A stretch of 64,000 bases of DNA from Gammaproteobacteria bacterium (GCA_965222615.1 CBDCUI010000008.1:480001-544000); one strand, 5' to 3'; numbered from the stretch's first letter, positions 30,170 through 41,492 are shown. The notes: generated from the letters alone by a model not told the origin. Numbers and translations: made by a program.

Positions 30170-32044
30170 ATGGCGTTATTACAAATTTCTGAACCTGGTC
30201 AGTCAACAGCACCGCATGAACATCGGCTTGCAGCAGGTATCGACTTAGGTACGACAAACTCACTCGTAGCAAGTGTTCGTAGTGGGGTAGCACAAACACT
30301 GGCAGACGAAAAAGGCACTCATATTTTACCGTCGGTGGTTCGCTATTGTGATACGGGTGAAGTGATGCTAGGAGTGCAGGCCCTTGAGCACAGCCACTCT
30401 GATCCATTAAATACGATCGCGTCGGTAAAACGAATCATGGGAAGATCGGTGCAAGATCTTGCTACCTTACAAGGCTATTTGCCCTATCAATTTGTAGATC
30501 AAAATAGCAATGTGCCACGCATACAAACGGTGGCTGGTGTTGTGACACCTGTTGAGGTATCTGCTGAAATTTTAAAAGCGCTACGTCATCGTGCAGAAGC
30601 TAGTCTTGGTGGCGAGCTTGCAGGTGTTGTGATTACTGTGCCGGCATATTTTGATGATGCGCAACGTCAAGCAACTAAAGACGCTGCGAAACTTGCTGGC
30701 TTGAATGTATTTCGTTTACTCAATGAGCCAACGGCAGCAGCAGTTGCGTATGGTCTTGACCAGCAGGCCCAAGGGGTAACAGCAGTTTATGATTTGGGTG
30801 GCGGGACGTTTGATATTTCCATACTGAAACTTACTAAGGGTGTGTTCGAAGTATTAGCAACGGGTGGGGATACGGCATTGGGTGGGGATGATTTTGATCG
30901 AGAATTAGCCGCCTGGATATTACAGAAAATAAATTCAACAATTGATGACGACCATCCATTCATGCGTCGTGTAATGAGTGAAGCACGACGTGTAAAAGAA
31001 GTGCTTACAGATTCTGAAAACGCAGCAATTCGATTACAACTCAAAGATGGCTCATTTTTTGAAGACGAAATAACACGACCACAATTTGAGGAACTGATTG
31101 ATAGCTATGTTAAAAAAACCATTAACTGGTGTCGCAAAACGATACGGGCTGCAAATATTGAGGTCACCGATGTAGAGCATGTCGTTATGGTAGGGGGCTC
31201 AACGCGTACCCCCTATGTTCGCAATCAAGTCGAGGCATTCTTTGGTAAGCCGCCTTTAACAAATATAGATCCAGATAAAGTGGTTGCAATTGGTGCTGCG
31301 CAACAAGCGGATGTTCTTGCCGGAAATAAACCTAATGATGAGATGCTTTTACTTGATGTGTTACCACTTTCTCTTGGTATCGAAACAATGGGTGAGTTGG
31401 TTGAGAAAATCATTGAGCGCAATACAGTAATCCCAGTTGCTCGGGCACAAGAATTTACTACTTTTAAAGATGGGCAGACTGCTATGCGTATACATGTGCT
31501 TCAAGGAGAGCGCGAAAAAGTTAAAGATTGTCGTTCACTTGCAAAGTTTAATTTAACCAATATTCCACCTATGGTAGCGGGAGCAGCACATATTAAAGTT
31601 ACTTTTCAAGTTGATGCGGATGGATTATTGAGTGTGCATGCAGAAGAGCAAACAAGTGGTGCACACGCAGGTGTTGAAGTGAAGCCATCCTATGGGCTTA
31701 CAGATTCTGAAATTGAAACTATGCTAAAAGACTCTATTGAACATGCACAAGATGATATGTCTGTAAGGCAATTAGTTGAGCAACAAGTTGAAGCAGATCG
31801 AGTTTTACAGGCACTGCATGCAGCATTGACAAAAGATGGTAATGAGTTGCTTAGTGAAGAGGAGAAAACAAAAATAGAAATTGCAAAAGAAAAATTAGTA
31901 GCTGCACGACGAGGCAAAGATACTGAATTGATTAAACAGTCTATCAAAAAGCTGGAACAAGCAAGCGAAGAATTTATTGCGCGTCGTATGAATCGAAGTG
32001 TTCAACAGGTAATGAAGGGTCATAAAGTACAAGAGTTCGAATAA
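30170..32044 (+). CDS. hscA: Fe-S chaperone HscA
   Basis: [37 protein letters not shown]. Confidence 0.99.
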   Translation: MALLQISEPGQSTAPHEHRLAAGIDLGTTNSLVASVRSGVAQTLADEKGTHILPSVVRYCDTGEVMLGVQALEHSHSDPLNTIASVKRIMGRSVQDLATLQGYLPYQFVDQNSNVPRIQTVAGVVTPVEVSAEILKALRHRAEASLGGELAGVVITVPAYFDDAQRQATKDAAKLAGLNVFRLLNEPTAAAVAYGLDQQAQGVTAVYDLGGGTFDISILKLTKGVFEVLATGGDTALGGDDFDRELAAWILQKINSTIDDDHPFMRRVMSEARRVKEVLTDSENAAIRLQLKDGSFFEDEITRPQFEELIDSYVKKTINWCRKTIRAANIEVTDVEHVVMVGGSTRTPYVRNQVEAFFGKPPLTNIDPDKVVAIGAAQQADVLAGNKPNDEMLLLDVLPLSLGIETMGELVEKIIERNTVIPVARAQEFTTFKDGQTAMRIHVLQGEREKVKDCRSLAKFNLTNIPPMVAGAAHIKVTFQVDADGLLSVHAEEQTSGAHAGVEVKPSYGLTDSEIETMLKDSIEHAQDDMSVRQLVEQQVEADRVLQALHAALTKDGNELLSEEEKTKIEIAKEKLVAARRGKDTELIKQSIKKLEQASEEFIARRMNRSVQQVMKGHKVQEFE

Positions 32045-32382
32045 TGCCTAAATTAACCTTTTTGCCACATGAAGAGATTTGCCCAGAAGGTAAAGTCATT
32101 GAAGTCGATCCTGGCATAAGCATCTGCAATGCTGCATTGGCGAATGAGATTGAAATCGAGCATGCATGTGAAAAATCATGTGCCTGTACCACCTGCCATG
32201 TCTACGTTCGAGAGGGCTTAGATTCACTAAATGATGCTGAAGAGAATGAGGAAGACTATCTGGATAAAGCCTGGGGGCTAGAGCCCGACTCACGCTTGAG
32301 CTGTCAGGCGATTGTAGGTAAAGAAGATTTGGTGATTGAGATTCCCAAATACACCATTAACATGGTCTCGGAAAGCCGCTAA
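32044..32382 (+). CDS. fdx: ISC 2Fe-2S ferredoxin
   Basis: [19 protein letters not shown]. Confidence 0.99.
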   Translation: MPKLTFLPHEEICPEGKVIEVDPGISICNAALANEIEIEHACEKSCACTTCHVYVREGLDSLNDAEENEEDYLDKAWGLEPDSRLSCQAIVGKEDLVIEIPKYTINMVSESR

Positions 32383-32685
32383 AAATGCGTCTTTTGTCCC
32401 GATATTGTGTTGCTCCTCTTCACTGCGATGCTCATTTACTGGTGTGTAAACTGCGCTTCTTGCTCGGAACGCGCCTCATCTCGAAACAAAATTCGCTATT
32501 TTTAGCTAAGCAAGCGAGTCTTTTGTCCCGATATTGTGTTGCTGTTCCTCGCTGCGATGATCATTTACGGCTAGGGCTAGGTATACTTCGTTTCTCATTC
32601 GGGACGTGGCTCACCTCGAAACAAAATCCGCGATTTTTAGCCAAGCAAATAGGTCTTTTGTGCTGATATTTCGTTGCCGTTCCTC
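32378..32685. repeat. Tandem array (2 units plus a partial unit) of a ~130-bp palindromic element overlapping the fdx stop
   Basis: GTCTTTTGT recurs at 32389, 32518 and 32653. Unit 1 has IR GCTAAAAAT/ATTTTTAGC and core ATGCTCA-TTTAC-N6-GTAAA-CTGCGCTT. Confidence 0.85.
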
Positions 32686-32759
32686 ATTATTCTAGTTGTG
32701 AAAATCTTTTTATTTCTTAGGCACTTAATGTATGTACACTATTTCTTGAGGAGATTAAT

Positions 32760-32960
32760 ATGAGTTTAAAATGGACAGATAGCCTCGATATTGCCATCGA
32801 ATTAGATGAAGCCCATCCCGATGTGGATCCTCAATATATCCGTTTTACTGATTTACATGCTTGGGTATGTGCGTTAAGTGAGTTCGATGATGATCCAGAG
32901 GCATCCAATGAGAAAATTCTTGAGGCTATTCAAATGGCCTGGTTGGATGAACGCGACTGA
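32760..32960 (+). CDS. iscX: Fe-S assembly protein IscX
   Basis: [26 protein letters not shown]. Confidence 0.97.
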   Translation: MSLKWTDSLDIAIELDEAHPDVDPQYIRFTDLHAWVCALSEFDDDPEASNEKILEAIQMAWLDERD

Positions 32961-33131
32961 TAACTGGTTAATTCTTCCTTCTTTCTGACCCCTCTAAAGC
33001 ATTGCCTCTCACCTGTGGCTGGGAGTAGAATTCACTGAAAAATATAGAAAAATTTGCGGGCAAATCAAGTCGTAACAATTATTTTTTAGAATTCAAATTA
33101 ATTTTATTTTTTAAACGCAGGAGCAAAGCAC

Positions 33132-33560
33132 ATGGCAAGGGAGCGCACGTTATCCATTCTGAAGCCGGATGCAGTTAAAAGGAATGTAATTGGGAAAATC
33201 AAAGCAATGATAGAAGAAGCTGGTTTATCAATCATTGCAACAAAGATGCTTAGAATGAGTAAAGTGCAAGCAGGTGATTTTTATGAAATGCACAAGGGAA
33301 AACCGTTTTACGATCCCTTAATTGAGTTTATGACATCAGGTCCGGTAATTGTACAAGTATTGGAAGGTGATGAAGCAATTGCAAACTATCGAAAGGTAAT
33401 GGGTGCTACACAATTTGGTGAGGCTGAACCAGGAACCATACGCGCAGAGTTTGCAACATCAACTGCACATAATGCAGTGCATGGGTCAGATTCCAAGAAA
33501 AGTGCGAAACGTGAAATAAAATTTTTCTTTGCCGAACATGAAATTTTTCCACGAGAGTGA
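33132..33560 (+). CDS. ndk: Nucleoside diphosphate kinase
   Basis: [20 protein letters not shown]. Confidence 0.98.
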   Translation: MARERTLSILKPDAVKRNVIGKIKAMIEEAGLSIIATKMLRMSKVQAGDFYEMHKGKPFYDPLIEFMTSGPVIVQVLEGDEAIANYRKVMGATQFGEAEPGTIRAEFATSTAHNAVHGSDSKKSAKREIKFFFAEHEIFPRE

Positions 33561-33573
33561 ATATTTTTTTAGT

Positions 33574-34722
33574 ATGAAATTTAATTCACAAAATATTGCT
33601 GGTCAAAATTTGATGGGGATGTGTCATCAAGACTTAGAACAATATTTTTCTGTATTAGATGAAAAGTCTTTTCGCGCTACTCAACTAATGAAGTGGACTC
33701 ATCAACAAGGAATTATAGATTACGAGTTGATGACAAATCTTAGCAAATCATTACGCGAATGGTTGAAAGAAAACACTTTGCTGGAATTGCCAGAAATGAT
33801 CGACGAAAAGATTTCCGCAGATGGAACACGTAAATGGTTGTTACGTATCGATGATAACAATGCTGTTGAGACCGTATTTATACCTGAGGATGATCGCGCT
33901 ACTTTATGTGTGTCTTCTCAGGCGGGTTGTGCCTTAGATTGCACTTTTTGTGCTACTGCACGACAGGGATTTGCCGGCAATCTTAGCTCTGCCCAGATCA
34001 TTTCTCAATTATGGTATGCAGAACATCGTTTGCGTGAATTATTTAATAAACAGCGTGTCATCAGTAATGTTGTATTTATGGGTATGGGCGAGCCACTGGC
34101 AAACTTTGATAATGTAGTGTCGGCAATTCGTATCATGATGGATGATAATGCCTACGGACTTGGCAAGCGAAAAGTCACTGTAAGTACATCAGGCATTGTT
34201 CCAAAAATAGATAAACTTCGTGAAGAGCTGGATGTGAGCTTAGCAGTTTCTTTGCATGCGCCTAACGATGAGCTTCGCAATAAATTGGTTCCGATAAACA
34301 AGCGTTACTCGATTGCAGAGTTAATGGAAGCTTGCCGACGTTTTGTAGAATGGAAAAATCGTAAACACACGATTACATTCGAATATGTAATGTTGCATGA
34401 AGTTAATGACAGCACTGAACATGCTTTGCAATTAATACGATTGCTGAAAGATTTGCCTGCTAAAGTTAACCTTATTCCGTTTAATACGTTTCCCAACTCA
34501 GGATTTCAACGATCAACAGTCGGCGCGATAAATGAATTTAGTGCTAGGTTACAAGATGCGGGAATTACCACGATTACACGCAGACCACGTGGTGAAGATA
34601 TTGCAGCAGCTTGTGGGCAATTAGCTGGAGAGATAACAGACAAGACCAAGCGAAAGCTCCATTTTGAAAAATTGCACAATACTAATGTTACAAACCATAG
34701 GATAGAGGCAGTATGCGTGTAG
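33574..34722 (+). CDS. rlmN: 23S rRNA/tRNA m2A methyltransferase RlmN
   Basis: CALDCTFC radical-SAM motif, MGMGEP, AACGQL. Start moved to ATG 33574 to avoid overlapping ndk. Confidence 0.98.
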   Translation: MKFNSQNIAGQNLMGMCHQDLEQYFSVLDEKSFRATQLMKWTHQQGIIDYELMTNLSKSLREWLKENTLLELPEMIDEKISADGTRKWLLRIDDNNAVETVFIPEDDRATLCVSSQAGCALDCTFCATARQGFAGNLSSAQIISQLWYAEHRLRELFNKQRVISNVVFMGMGEPLANFDNVVSAIRIMMDDNAYGLGKRKVTVSTSGIVPKIDKLREELDVSLAVSLHAPNDELRNKLVPINKRYSIAELMEACRRFVEWKNRKHTITFEYVMLHEVNDSTEHALQLIRLLKDLPAKVNLIPFNTFPNSGFQRSTVGAINEFSARLQDAGITTITRRPRGEDIAAACGQLAGEITDKTKRKLHFEKLHNTNVTNHRIEAVCV

Positions 34723-35495
34723 TGATTTCAAATATATTGGTTTTAATTGCGTTAGTGCTGAGCGTATTTGGTTGTGCAACCAATTCGAGTACAGACATCA
34801 ATACTGGTCCGAATAAAAAAGCTGCTGAGATTAATACTCAACTTGGCGTGAATTATCTGAGTCAAGGTAAATATAAATTAGCTGATGAAAAACTTCGTAG
34901 GGCCTTGAAACAAGATCCCAACTCATCGACTGCACATTGGGTATTTGCCTTATTGCAAGAAAGGTTAGGTGAGAACAAAGTGGCTGAAAGGCATTATCGT
35001 AAAGCAATATCCTTAAATCCAAAAGATTCCAAAGCGCATAACAACTACGGTACATTCCTATGTAACCAGAATAGGGTTCAAGAGGCAGAAAAAGAATTTC
35101 TTTTAGCGATTGAAAATCCACTGTATGCCCAAGCAGCATCTGCCTATGCCAATGCAGGACTATGTGCTTTAAAAATCCCAGACAAAGTAGCAGCAGAAGA
35201 CTATTTTCAAAAATCGTTGAGTATTAATCCAGAACAACGTTCGTCACTTATTCAAATGGCTAAGCTTTCATTCGAGAGAAAAGAATATGCGCAAACAAGT
35301 CATTATATTCAACGTTATGAACAAATTAGCAAGCATAATTCTGAGTCACTTTGGATTGCGTTTCAGTCAGAATCTAATTTAGGTAATCGAGAAAAAGCGA
35401 ATAGCTACGCAAACCAACTCAAGAAGCAATATCCTAGTTCACATGAGGCACGATTATTAGCTGAAACATATTGGCATGCAGAAAAAAGTAAGTAA
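34713..35495 (+). CDS. pilW: Type IV pilus assembly lipoprotein PilW/PilF
   Basis: Lipobox VFGC, TPR repeats, NNYGTFLC, NAGLC; rlmN-pilW-rodZ synteny. Confidence 0.92.
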   Translation: MRVVISNILVLIALVLSVFGCATNSSTDINTGPNKKAAEINTQLGVNYLSQGKYKLADEKLRRALKQDPNSSTAHWVFALLQERLGENKVAERHYRKAISLNPKDSKAHNNYGTFLCNQNRVQEAEKEFLLAIENPLYAQAASAYANAGLCALKIPDKVAAEDYFQKSLSINPEQRSSLIQMAKLSFERKEYAQTSHYIQRYEQISKHNSESLWIAFQSESNLGNREKANSYANQLKKQYPSSHEARLLAETYWHAEKSK

Positions 35496-36408
35496 TACAA
35501 TGTCGAAGCAGACGGCGCAAAAGAATACCGTAAGTATTGGTGCTTTACTTATTGATGCACGTAATAATGCTGCATTAAGCCAGGCCGATATAGCTGATCA
35601 GATTAATTTACCTCGTAGCACGATTATTGCACTAGAAAATGATGATTTTGAGCAGTTGCCAGAATCCACTTATATTCGTGGATATTTACGTAATTATGCG
35701 CGTGCTGTAGGGATCGATGCCGAAGATTTGGTGACTGTCTATAATGAACAACATCACGTTGAATCTGACATGGAGACAAGAACAAGCTCAAGGTATAGCT
35801 ATGATTCAACTATTTTATGGAGTACGGCTGCGGTATTTACTATTTTAGTTGGATTACTTATTAATTGGTGGATGGATGCAAGACCTGTTGCGGAGCAAGC
35901 TATTGAAGTAGTCGATGGCGAAAATTTTATAACCGTTGCTGATAATGAAACGAATGACGCTAAACAGTTATCGGGTTCTTCAAATAATAATCCTGAACAT
36001 AATACCGAGCAGGATATCGAGCAAGTATCAAACCAAACTTTCCCTCAAGAAGAGGTACAAGCTGCAAATACCAGCGAAACGCTAAGTTCAGATGTTGAAC
36101 AAGCCATGCAAGAAGAGTCTTTAAATCCAAACTTAGTTACACTTAACGAAGGCATGGATATCTTAACTGTTACCTATGTTGAAAAAAGTTGGACAGAAAT
36201 TCATGATGCAGACCAAAATCCACTTATACAAGGTTTGATTGAACCGGGAGTCGTGAGAAACTTAAGTGGTAAAGCGCCGTTTCATATTTTTCTTGGTAAT
36301 TCACCAGGTGTAGTTATTGAAGTAAATGGACAATATTTTGATCAATCCCAATATAATAGGAGTAACCGCACTGCGCGGTTTCAAATATCTGATAGTTCAT
36401 TTAACTAG
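35476..36408 (+). CDS. rodZ: Cytoskeleton protein RodZ
   Basis: N-terminal HTH (YIRGYLRNYA), one TM, C-terminal DUF4115-like SWTEI...LGN. Start may be 35500. Confidence 0.9.
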   Translation: MQKKVSNTMSKQTAQKNTVSIGALLIDARNNAALSQADIADQINLPRSTIIALENDDFEQLPESTYIRGYLRNYARAVGIDAEDLVTVYNEQHHVESDMETRTSSRYSYDSTILWSTAAVFTILVGLLINWWMDARPVAEQAIEVVDGENFITVADNETNDAKQLSGSSNNNPEHNTEQDIEQVSNQTFPQEEVQAANTSETLSSDVEQAMQEESLNPNLVTLNEGMDILTVTYVEKSWTEIHDADQNPLIQGLIEPGVVRNLSGKAPFHIFLGNSPGVVIEVNGQYFDQSQYNRSNRTARFQISDSSFN

Positions 36409-36437
36409 CCACTCACCTCTAACAATAAGAAGCACAA

Positions 36438-37700
36438 ATGTCTAAGCGGATTCAATCAATTCGCGGAATGCACGATGTATTACCACCGGCAAGTGAATTG
36501 CTACGGGAGATAGAGCGTGTGTCACAAGCTGTATTGCAGCAATACGGCTATCAAGAAATTCGTACGCCATTACTAGAGCAAACAGAATTGTTTAAACACT
36601 CTTTGGGAGAAGTAACTGATATTGTTGAAAAAGAAATGTATACCTTTGCAGATCGCAATGGTGATAGTTTAACTTTGCGTCCTGAGGGTACCGCAAGCTG
36701 TGTGCGTGCAGGAATTCAACATGGGTTTTTGTATGGACAGCCGTCGCGTTTGTGGTATTGCGGACCTTTTTTCCGCCATGAAAGGCCGCAAAAGGGACGC
36801 TATCGTCAGTTTCACCAGGTAGGTGTAGAGACGTTTGGTCTTGCAGGTCCTGATATTGATGCAGAGCTAATCATTTTAAGTCAATATATTTGGAAAAATA
36901 TTAATTTACCGCAAAATCCAAAACTGGAAATTAATAGTCTAGGTACTTCAGAAGTTCGACAAGCTTATCGTGAGAAATTGATTGCTTATTTAAAACAGCA
37001 TGAGAATAAACTAGATGCAGATGCTAAGCGCCGCCTACAGAGTAATCCAATGCGAATATTGGACAGTAAAAACCCTGACATGCAAGATATCATACAAAAC
37101 GCACCTAGCCTCACGGAATGTCTAGATGCAGAATCCGCAGAACACTTTGCGAAATTACAAACATTATTAAGTGCTGCCAATATCGAATTCACGATTAATC
37201 CGCGTCTAGTTAGAGGTTTGGATTATTACAGTAAGACGGTATTCGAATGGATAGCGGATGGTTTGGGAGCGCAAGCCACAATTTGTGCTGGCGGACGCTA
37301 TGATGGCTTGGTCGAGCAACTTGGTGGAAAACCTTGTCCTGCGGCTGGTTTTGCCATCGGCATAGAAAGAATTGCTGAATTGCTTAATGCTAGAAAACAT
37401 AGTATTGATGCTTATCTTGTGCTGGTGGGAGAACAGGCTGAGAGCTTGGGGATGAAACTAGCTACAGAAATGCGCTTAATACATCCTGAATTTTCTGCGG
37501 TCATAAATTGTGGTGGAGGTAGTATAAAATCACAAATGAAGCGGGCCGATCGTTCAAATGCTAGGCTTGCAATTATCTTGGCAGAAGATGAGATTAAAAA
37601 TAATACTGTGTCTGTAAAGTTTCTACGCGAACAACGGGAACAGGAAACCATACCACAAGATAATTTAATATCATTTTTAAATGAATACTTCAGTAAATAA
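36438..37700 (+). CDS. hisS: Histidine-tRNA ligase
   Basis: LRPEGTA, RHERPQKGRYRQF, RGLDYY, GGRYDGL. Confidence 0.99.
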   Translation: MSKRIQSIRGMHDVLPPASELLREIERVSQAVLQQYGYQEIRTPLLEQTELFKHSLGEVTDIVEKEMYTFADRNGDSLTLRPEGTASCVRAGIQHGFLYGQPSRLWYCGPFFRHERPQKGRYRQFHQVGVETFGLAGPDIDAELIILSQYIWKNINLPQNPKLEINSLGTSEVRQAYREKLIAYLKQHENKLDADAKRRLQSNPMRILDSKNPDMQDIIQNAPSLTECLDAESAEHFAKLQTLLSAANIEFTINPRLVRGLDYYSKTVFEWIADGLGAQATICAGGRYDGLVEQLGGKPCPAAGFAIGIERIAELLNARKHSIDAYLVLVGEQAESLGMKLATEMRLIHPEFSAVINCGGGSIKSQMKRADRSNARLAIILAEDEIKNNTVSVKFLREQREQETIPQDNLISFLNEYFSK

Positions 37701-37710
37701 GTGAGAGAGC

Positions 37711-38334
37711 ATGGCTGATTACGAAACCGAAGAACAACAAGTCGAGGCACTTAAAGAATGGTGGAAACAAAATGGCATTGCGGTAATCGCAGGTGCGGTA
37801 TTGGGTATTGCCGCTTTAGCCGGTTGGCGGGGTTGGAATTGGTATCAAGAAAAACAGGCAATGCAGGCATCTGATATCTATATTAATGTGCAAAATGCTT
37901 TGATTAAAAATGATACCAAAGCTTTGCAAACCCAAGCGGGCACCCTGCGTTCTAAATATAAATCCACACCCTATGCTGTATTAGCGACTTTGCATGAAGC
38001 AAAGCTACAGTCAGAAAAGGGTGATTTGAATGCGGCAGCTGAAAGTTTACGCTGGGCAATGAATAATAGCTCACAAGCTTCTGTCAAAGATATTGCACGA
38101 ATTCGATTGGCACGTGTGCTGGTAGCTGACAACAAGCTCGATGAAGCCGCGGCAACCATCAACCACAATTTACCTAAAGCCTATGCCTCATTGGTTAATG
38201 AAATACGTGGTGATATTTTTTTTGCAAAAGGTGAAACTGAACAAGCTAAACAAGCTTATGACCAAGCACTAGAATCTGCTGATGCAAGTAGCATCGAATA
38301 TCTGCGCATTAAACGCAATGATTTAGGCAGCTGA
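37711..38334 (+). CDS. yfgM: YfgM ancillary SecYEG subunit (TPR)
   Basis: ETEEQQVEALKEWWKQNG, TM segment, RLARV, RGD. Confidence 0.93.
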   Translation: MADYETEEQQVEALKEWWKQNGIAVIAGAVLGIAALAGWRGWNWYQEKQAMQASDIYINVQNALIKNDTKALQTQAGTLRSKYKSTPYAVLATLHEAKLQSEKGDLNAAAESLRWAMNNSSQASVKDIARIRLARVLVADNKLDEAAATINHNLPKAYASLVNEIRGDIFFAKGETEQAKQAYDQALESADASSIEYLRIKRNDLGS

Positions 38335-38349
38335 CATTTATCATTATTC

Positions 38350-39534
38350 ATGTTTGTGAAACCTCGAAACAAGATCTTTATCCTATTTGTTCTGACTTGT
38401 TGCTTATCGTTTTCCGCGTGCAGCGTATTAAAGAAACCAAAACAGTGGTTTGATAAAGAAGATGATCCTCGTGAACCAACGAAGTTAGTAAATATTGAAA
38501 CTGAAAAAGTAAATGTGAAATCTATTTGGCGTAATTCGGTGGGTAATTTAGAAGATGCCTATAATTTAATTCGACCTTACATAACAGATGAGCGTATTTA
38601 TCTCACGGATGCAAAAGGTCGTGTGGAAGCTTGGCAGCGAAGTGATGGCAAACGTATCTGGTCAGTGTCACTTAAGGAAAGTATTTCGGGTGGTGTGAAC
38701 GGTGGTGAGGGTATCGTTGCGGTTGGTACAGAGTCTGGAGAAGTGATCACACTCAGCGCTGCGGATGGAAGCGAAAAATGGCGAGCTTCGGTAAGCAGTG
38801 AAGTGATGACCATCTCAGAGTCAAAATATGGTGTGATTGTTGCGCGTACTAATGATAATAAAGTGCATGCACTGGATGTGGGTAATGGCAGCATTGCGTG
38901 GAGAGCCAGCCGAGGTACACCTCCATTGACGTTACGTGGAGCAAGTGAACCTAAAGTAGTAGGAGATACCATAATTGTTGGTTACGACGATGGCAAGATG
39001 ATGGCCCTTAATATGCGTGACGGTGAAACACTATGGGAAACCACGGTTTCAGTTCCGAGTGGACGCTCTGAATTGGATCGTGTTTCAGATGTTGATGGTG
39101 AAATCGATACATTCGATGGCATCGTATATGCCGTTAGTTTTAATGGGCGCGTAGTAGCGGTTGATATGGATACCGGTAAGAGTATTTGGACAAAAGATTT
39201 TTCTTCTTACGTAGGTCTGAGCGTAGATGAAACTCGAGTATATGTTACCGATGTAAGTGATAGTGTTTGGGCATTAGATAAAACTTCGGGTGCCACACTG
39301 TGGCGACAAGATAAACTTTTATATAGAAAACTTACCGCACCTAAAGTAATGGGTGATTATGTGGTCGTTGGTGATTTCAAAGGTTATATGCACTGGTTAT
39401 CTCAAGAAGATGGAAAAATTGTAGGTAGAGATAATGTTGCAGGAGACGCCATTGAAGTTTCACCAATCATTAAAGATGAGCTGGCGTACGTACTTTCAAA
39501 AAATGGTTCATTGAAAGTATTACAGTATCAGTAA
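38350..39534 (+). CDS. bamB: Outer membrane assembly lipoprotein BamB
   Basis: Lipobox FSAC, PQQ-like beta-propeller repeats, LTLRG, VVGDFKGYMHW. Confidence 0.95.
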   Translation: MFVKPRNKIFILFVLTCCLSFSACSVLKKPKQWFDKEDDPREPTKLVNIETEKVNVKSIWRNSVGNLEDAYNLIRPYITDERIYLTDAKGRVEAWQRSDGKRIWSVSLKESISGGVNGGEGIVAVGTESGEVITLSAADGSEKWRASVSSEVMTISESKYGVIVARTNDNKVHALDVGNGSIAWRASRGTPPLTLRGASEPKVVGDTIIVGYDDGKMMALNMRDGETLWETTVSVPSGRSELDRVSDVDGEIDTFDGIVYAVSFNGRVVAVDMDTGKSIWTKDFSSYVGLSVDETRVYVTDVSDSVWALDKTSGATLWRQDKLLYRKLTAPKVMGDYVVVGDFKGYMHWLSQEDGKIVGRDNVAGDAIEVSPIIKDELAYVLSKNGSLKVLQYQ

Positions 39535-39687
39535 TACTTTTTTCATTGCAGGCATCGCGATGCATTTTATGTGATGTGTGCCTCAAATGAATATTCGCAT
39601 TTCACTTGTCTGTAATCTTATCTGCTTGTTTAGCAAACAAGTAGTACGGTCTAAGAAGTGGTTTTATAGCGACTAGATTACAATGAA

Positions 39688-39710
39688 AATATGTTATATT
39701 ATAACGTAAT
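39688..39710 (+). promoter_or_regulatory. Zur-box-like palindrome
   Basis: AATATGTTATATTATAACGTAAT versus the gammaproteobacterial Zur consensus GAAATGTTATANTATAACATTTC; upstream of a metal uptake operon. Confidence 0.75.
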
Positions 39711-39764
39711 AATTTAAACTTATAATGGTCTAATCATCAAAGTTTAAGAAGTAAACTTAGTTCA

Positions 39765-40100
39765 ATGCTTATGAATTTCGCACCAAAGAAAATAGTTGTT
39801 ATTAGTTTGCTATTGATTTTGGTGAGCACTCAATATGTGCTTGCACGACATAGCATTTCCCACCTTGATTCAAATAATCATTCTACTCAACGAAGCACCG
39901 AGGATAATGAAAACAGTAGTGATATTTGTCAAACATGTGTTACTACGAAAAATTTAAGTCAGAAGTTTCTCCTTGAGACTAGTTATTTCTTCAAGTTATC
40001 AAAGCCTGGTTATTTAATATTTTGTTTACCGGGATTTGTTGGTTTTCAATCTCTTAACAAACCTTTTCGGTCACAAGCACCACCCATTCTTTTCTTTTAA
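39765..40100 (+). CDS. DUF2946-like leader protein (TM, His, CxxC, C-terminal QAPP)
   Basis: Hydrophobic N-terminus, HSISH...H, CQTC, ends FRSQAPPILFF; 36 nt before an outer-membrane protein gene. Confidence 0.65.
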   Translation: MLMNFAPKKIVVISLLLILVSTQYVLARHSISHLDSNNHSTQRSTEDNENSSDICQTCVTTKNLSQKFLLETSYFFKLSKPGYLIFCLPGFVGFQSLNKPFRSQAPPILFF

Positions 40101-40136
40101 GAATTTATTTTTTATTGAATTTAAAAAGGAAAGATT

Positions 40137-41492
40137 ATGTCCAGATTATATTCATGGGCAGTCACTTGTGTGGTGGCTGCCAGTATTTTGTGGAGTCAAA
40201 GTGGGTTTTCAGCTGAAAACACTGAGTTGACCGAATTAAAAAGTGAAATTGCAGAAATGCGAAAGCACTATGAAGATAAAATTAAGTCATTAGAGCAAAA
40301 GTTATCTTCATTACAATCTAAACAAGAACAATTAACTAAGCAGACACCTGTAACTCAGGCTGCAAATGTACCAGCTACTAATCAACGCAGGATTGCTTCA
40401 AATGATTTCAACCCATCCATTGGTGCAATTTTGCAAGGTAAATACAATAGCTTTTCAAAACGCCAATCTGAATTTGCTGGGTTTGCCGTAGGTGAAGAAG
40501 GTGAACGATCCTCAGAAGGATTTACATTAGATGAGACCGAAATCAATCTTGCGGCTAGTATCGATGATAAGTTCCGAGGTAGTTCAACAATTGCATTAGT
40601 CGAAGAAGACGGAACGGAAGTTGAACTCGAAGAAGCCTATATCGAAACCACTGGATTACCTTACGGGGTGAGTGCAAAAGCCGGAAGATTTTTTGCAGCA
40701 CTTGGTTACTTAAATGAATACCATAGTCATGCAGACGACTTCGCCGATCGTCCCTTGCCTTATCGAGTATTTCTAGATAATCAATACAACGATGATGGTA
40801 TTCAAACTACGTGGATTGCGCCTTTTGATTTGTATACAGAGCTTGGCTTCGGGGTATTTCGGGGACGTGACTTTCCAGGCGGGGGTGAAGGTGATTCCAA
40901 TATTGGTGCATGGAGTGCCTTTGGGCGCATTGGTGGTGATGTGGGCGATAATTCTGCATGGCGAGTCGGTTTATCGACGTTACAAGTTGATGATTTAGAG
41001 CGTTCCAGTAATGAGGACTTATTGGATTTTATCGGTGATAACAAAATCTATATAGTGGATGGCCGCTATATATGGGCACCTACAGGAAACAATCGTAACA
41101 AAGAATTAATTCTTCAGGCTGAATATTTTCATCGCGATGAAGATGGCACTTACGATGATCTCGATGTAGGTACAGGGCCGATTTCTTACGATGAAGATCA
41201 ATCGGGTTGGTATGCACAAGGCGTTTACAAATTTCATCCACAATGGCGCATTGGCGCACGTTACAGTGAACTTAATGCAGGAGATGTCCCAGCGGGCTTA
41301 ATTGGAAGTGCTTTGGATGATGAGAATCATGACCCATATAGCCTTTCATTGATGGCGGATTGGACTAATAGTGAATTCAGTCGTTTGCGTTTGCAGTACA
41401 ACTTAGAAGAACTAGCGGATAAAAATCGCGATCATCAAATTACGCTTCAATACATCATGAGCATGGGTGCGCATGCAGCCCATCCGTTTTAA
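40137..41492 (+). CDS. Outer-membrane beta-barrel of the zinc-regulated porin type
   Basis: Signal peptide, coiled coil, FNPSIG, EEAY, HSHADDFADRP, SEFSRLRLQY; ends GAHAAHPF (terminal Phe). Confidence 0.8.
   Translation: MSRLYSWAVTCVVAASILWSQSGFSAENTELTELKSEIAEMRKHYEDKIKSLEQKLSSLQSKQEQLTKQTPVTQAANVPATNQRRIASNDFNPSIGAILQGKYNSFSKRQSEFAGFAVGEEGERSSEGFTLDETEINLAASIDDKFRGSSTIALVEEDGTEVELEEAYIETTGLPYGVSAKAGRFFAALGYLNEYHSHADDFADRPLPYRVFLDNQYNDDGIQTTWIAPFDLYTELGFGVFRGRDFPGGGEGDSNIGAWSAFGRIGGDVGDNSAWRVGLSTLQVDDLERSSNEDLLDFIGDNKIYIVDGRYIWAPTGNNRNKELILQAEYFHRDEDGTYDDLDVGTGPISYDEDQSGWYAQGVYKFHPQWRIGARYSELNAGDVPAGLIGSALDDENHDPYSLSLMADWTNSEFSRLRLQYNLEELADKNRDHQITLQYIMSMGAHAAHPF

Noticed and set aside
32385-32666. 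93-aa ORF with an internal repeat (LLSRYCVA twice)
   Set aside because: It is a translation of the tandem palindromic element; no RBS or protein-like features.
32378-32685. Possible CRISPR array
   Set aside because: Units are ~130 bp and homologous throughout, with no unique spacers; no cas genes in the window.
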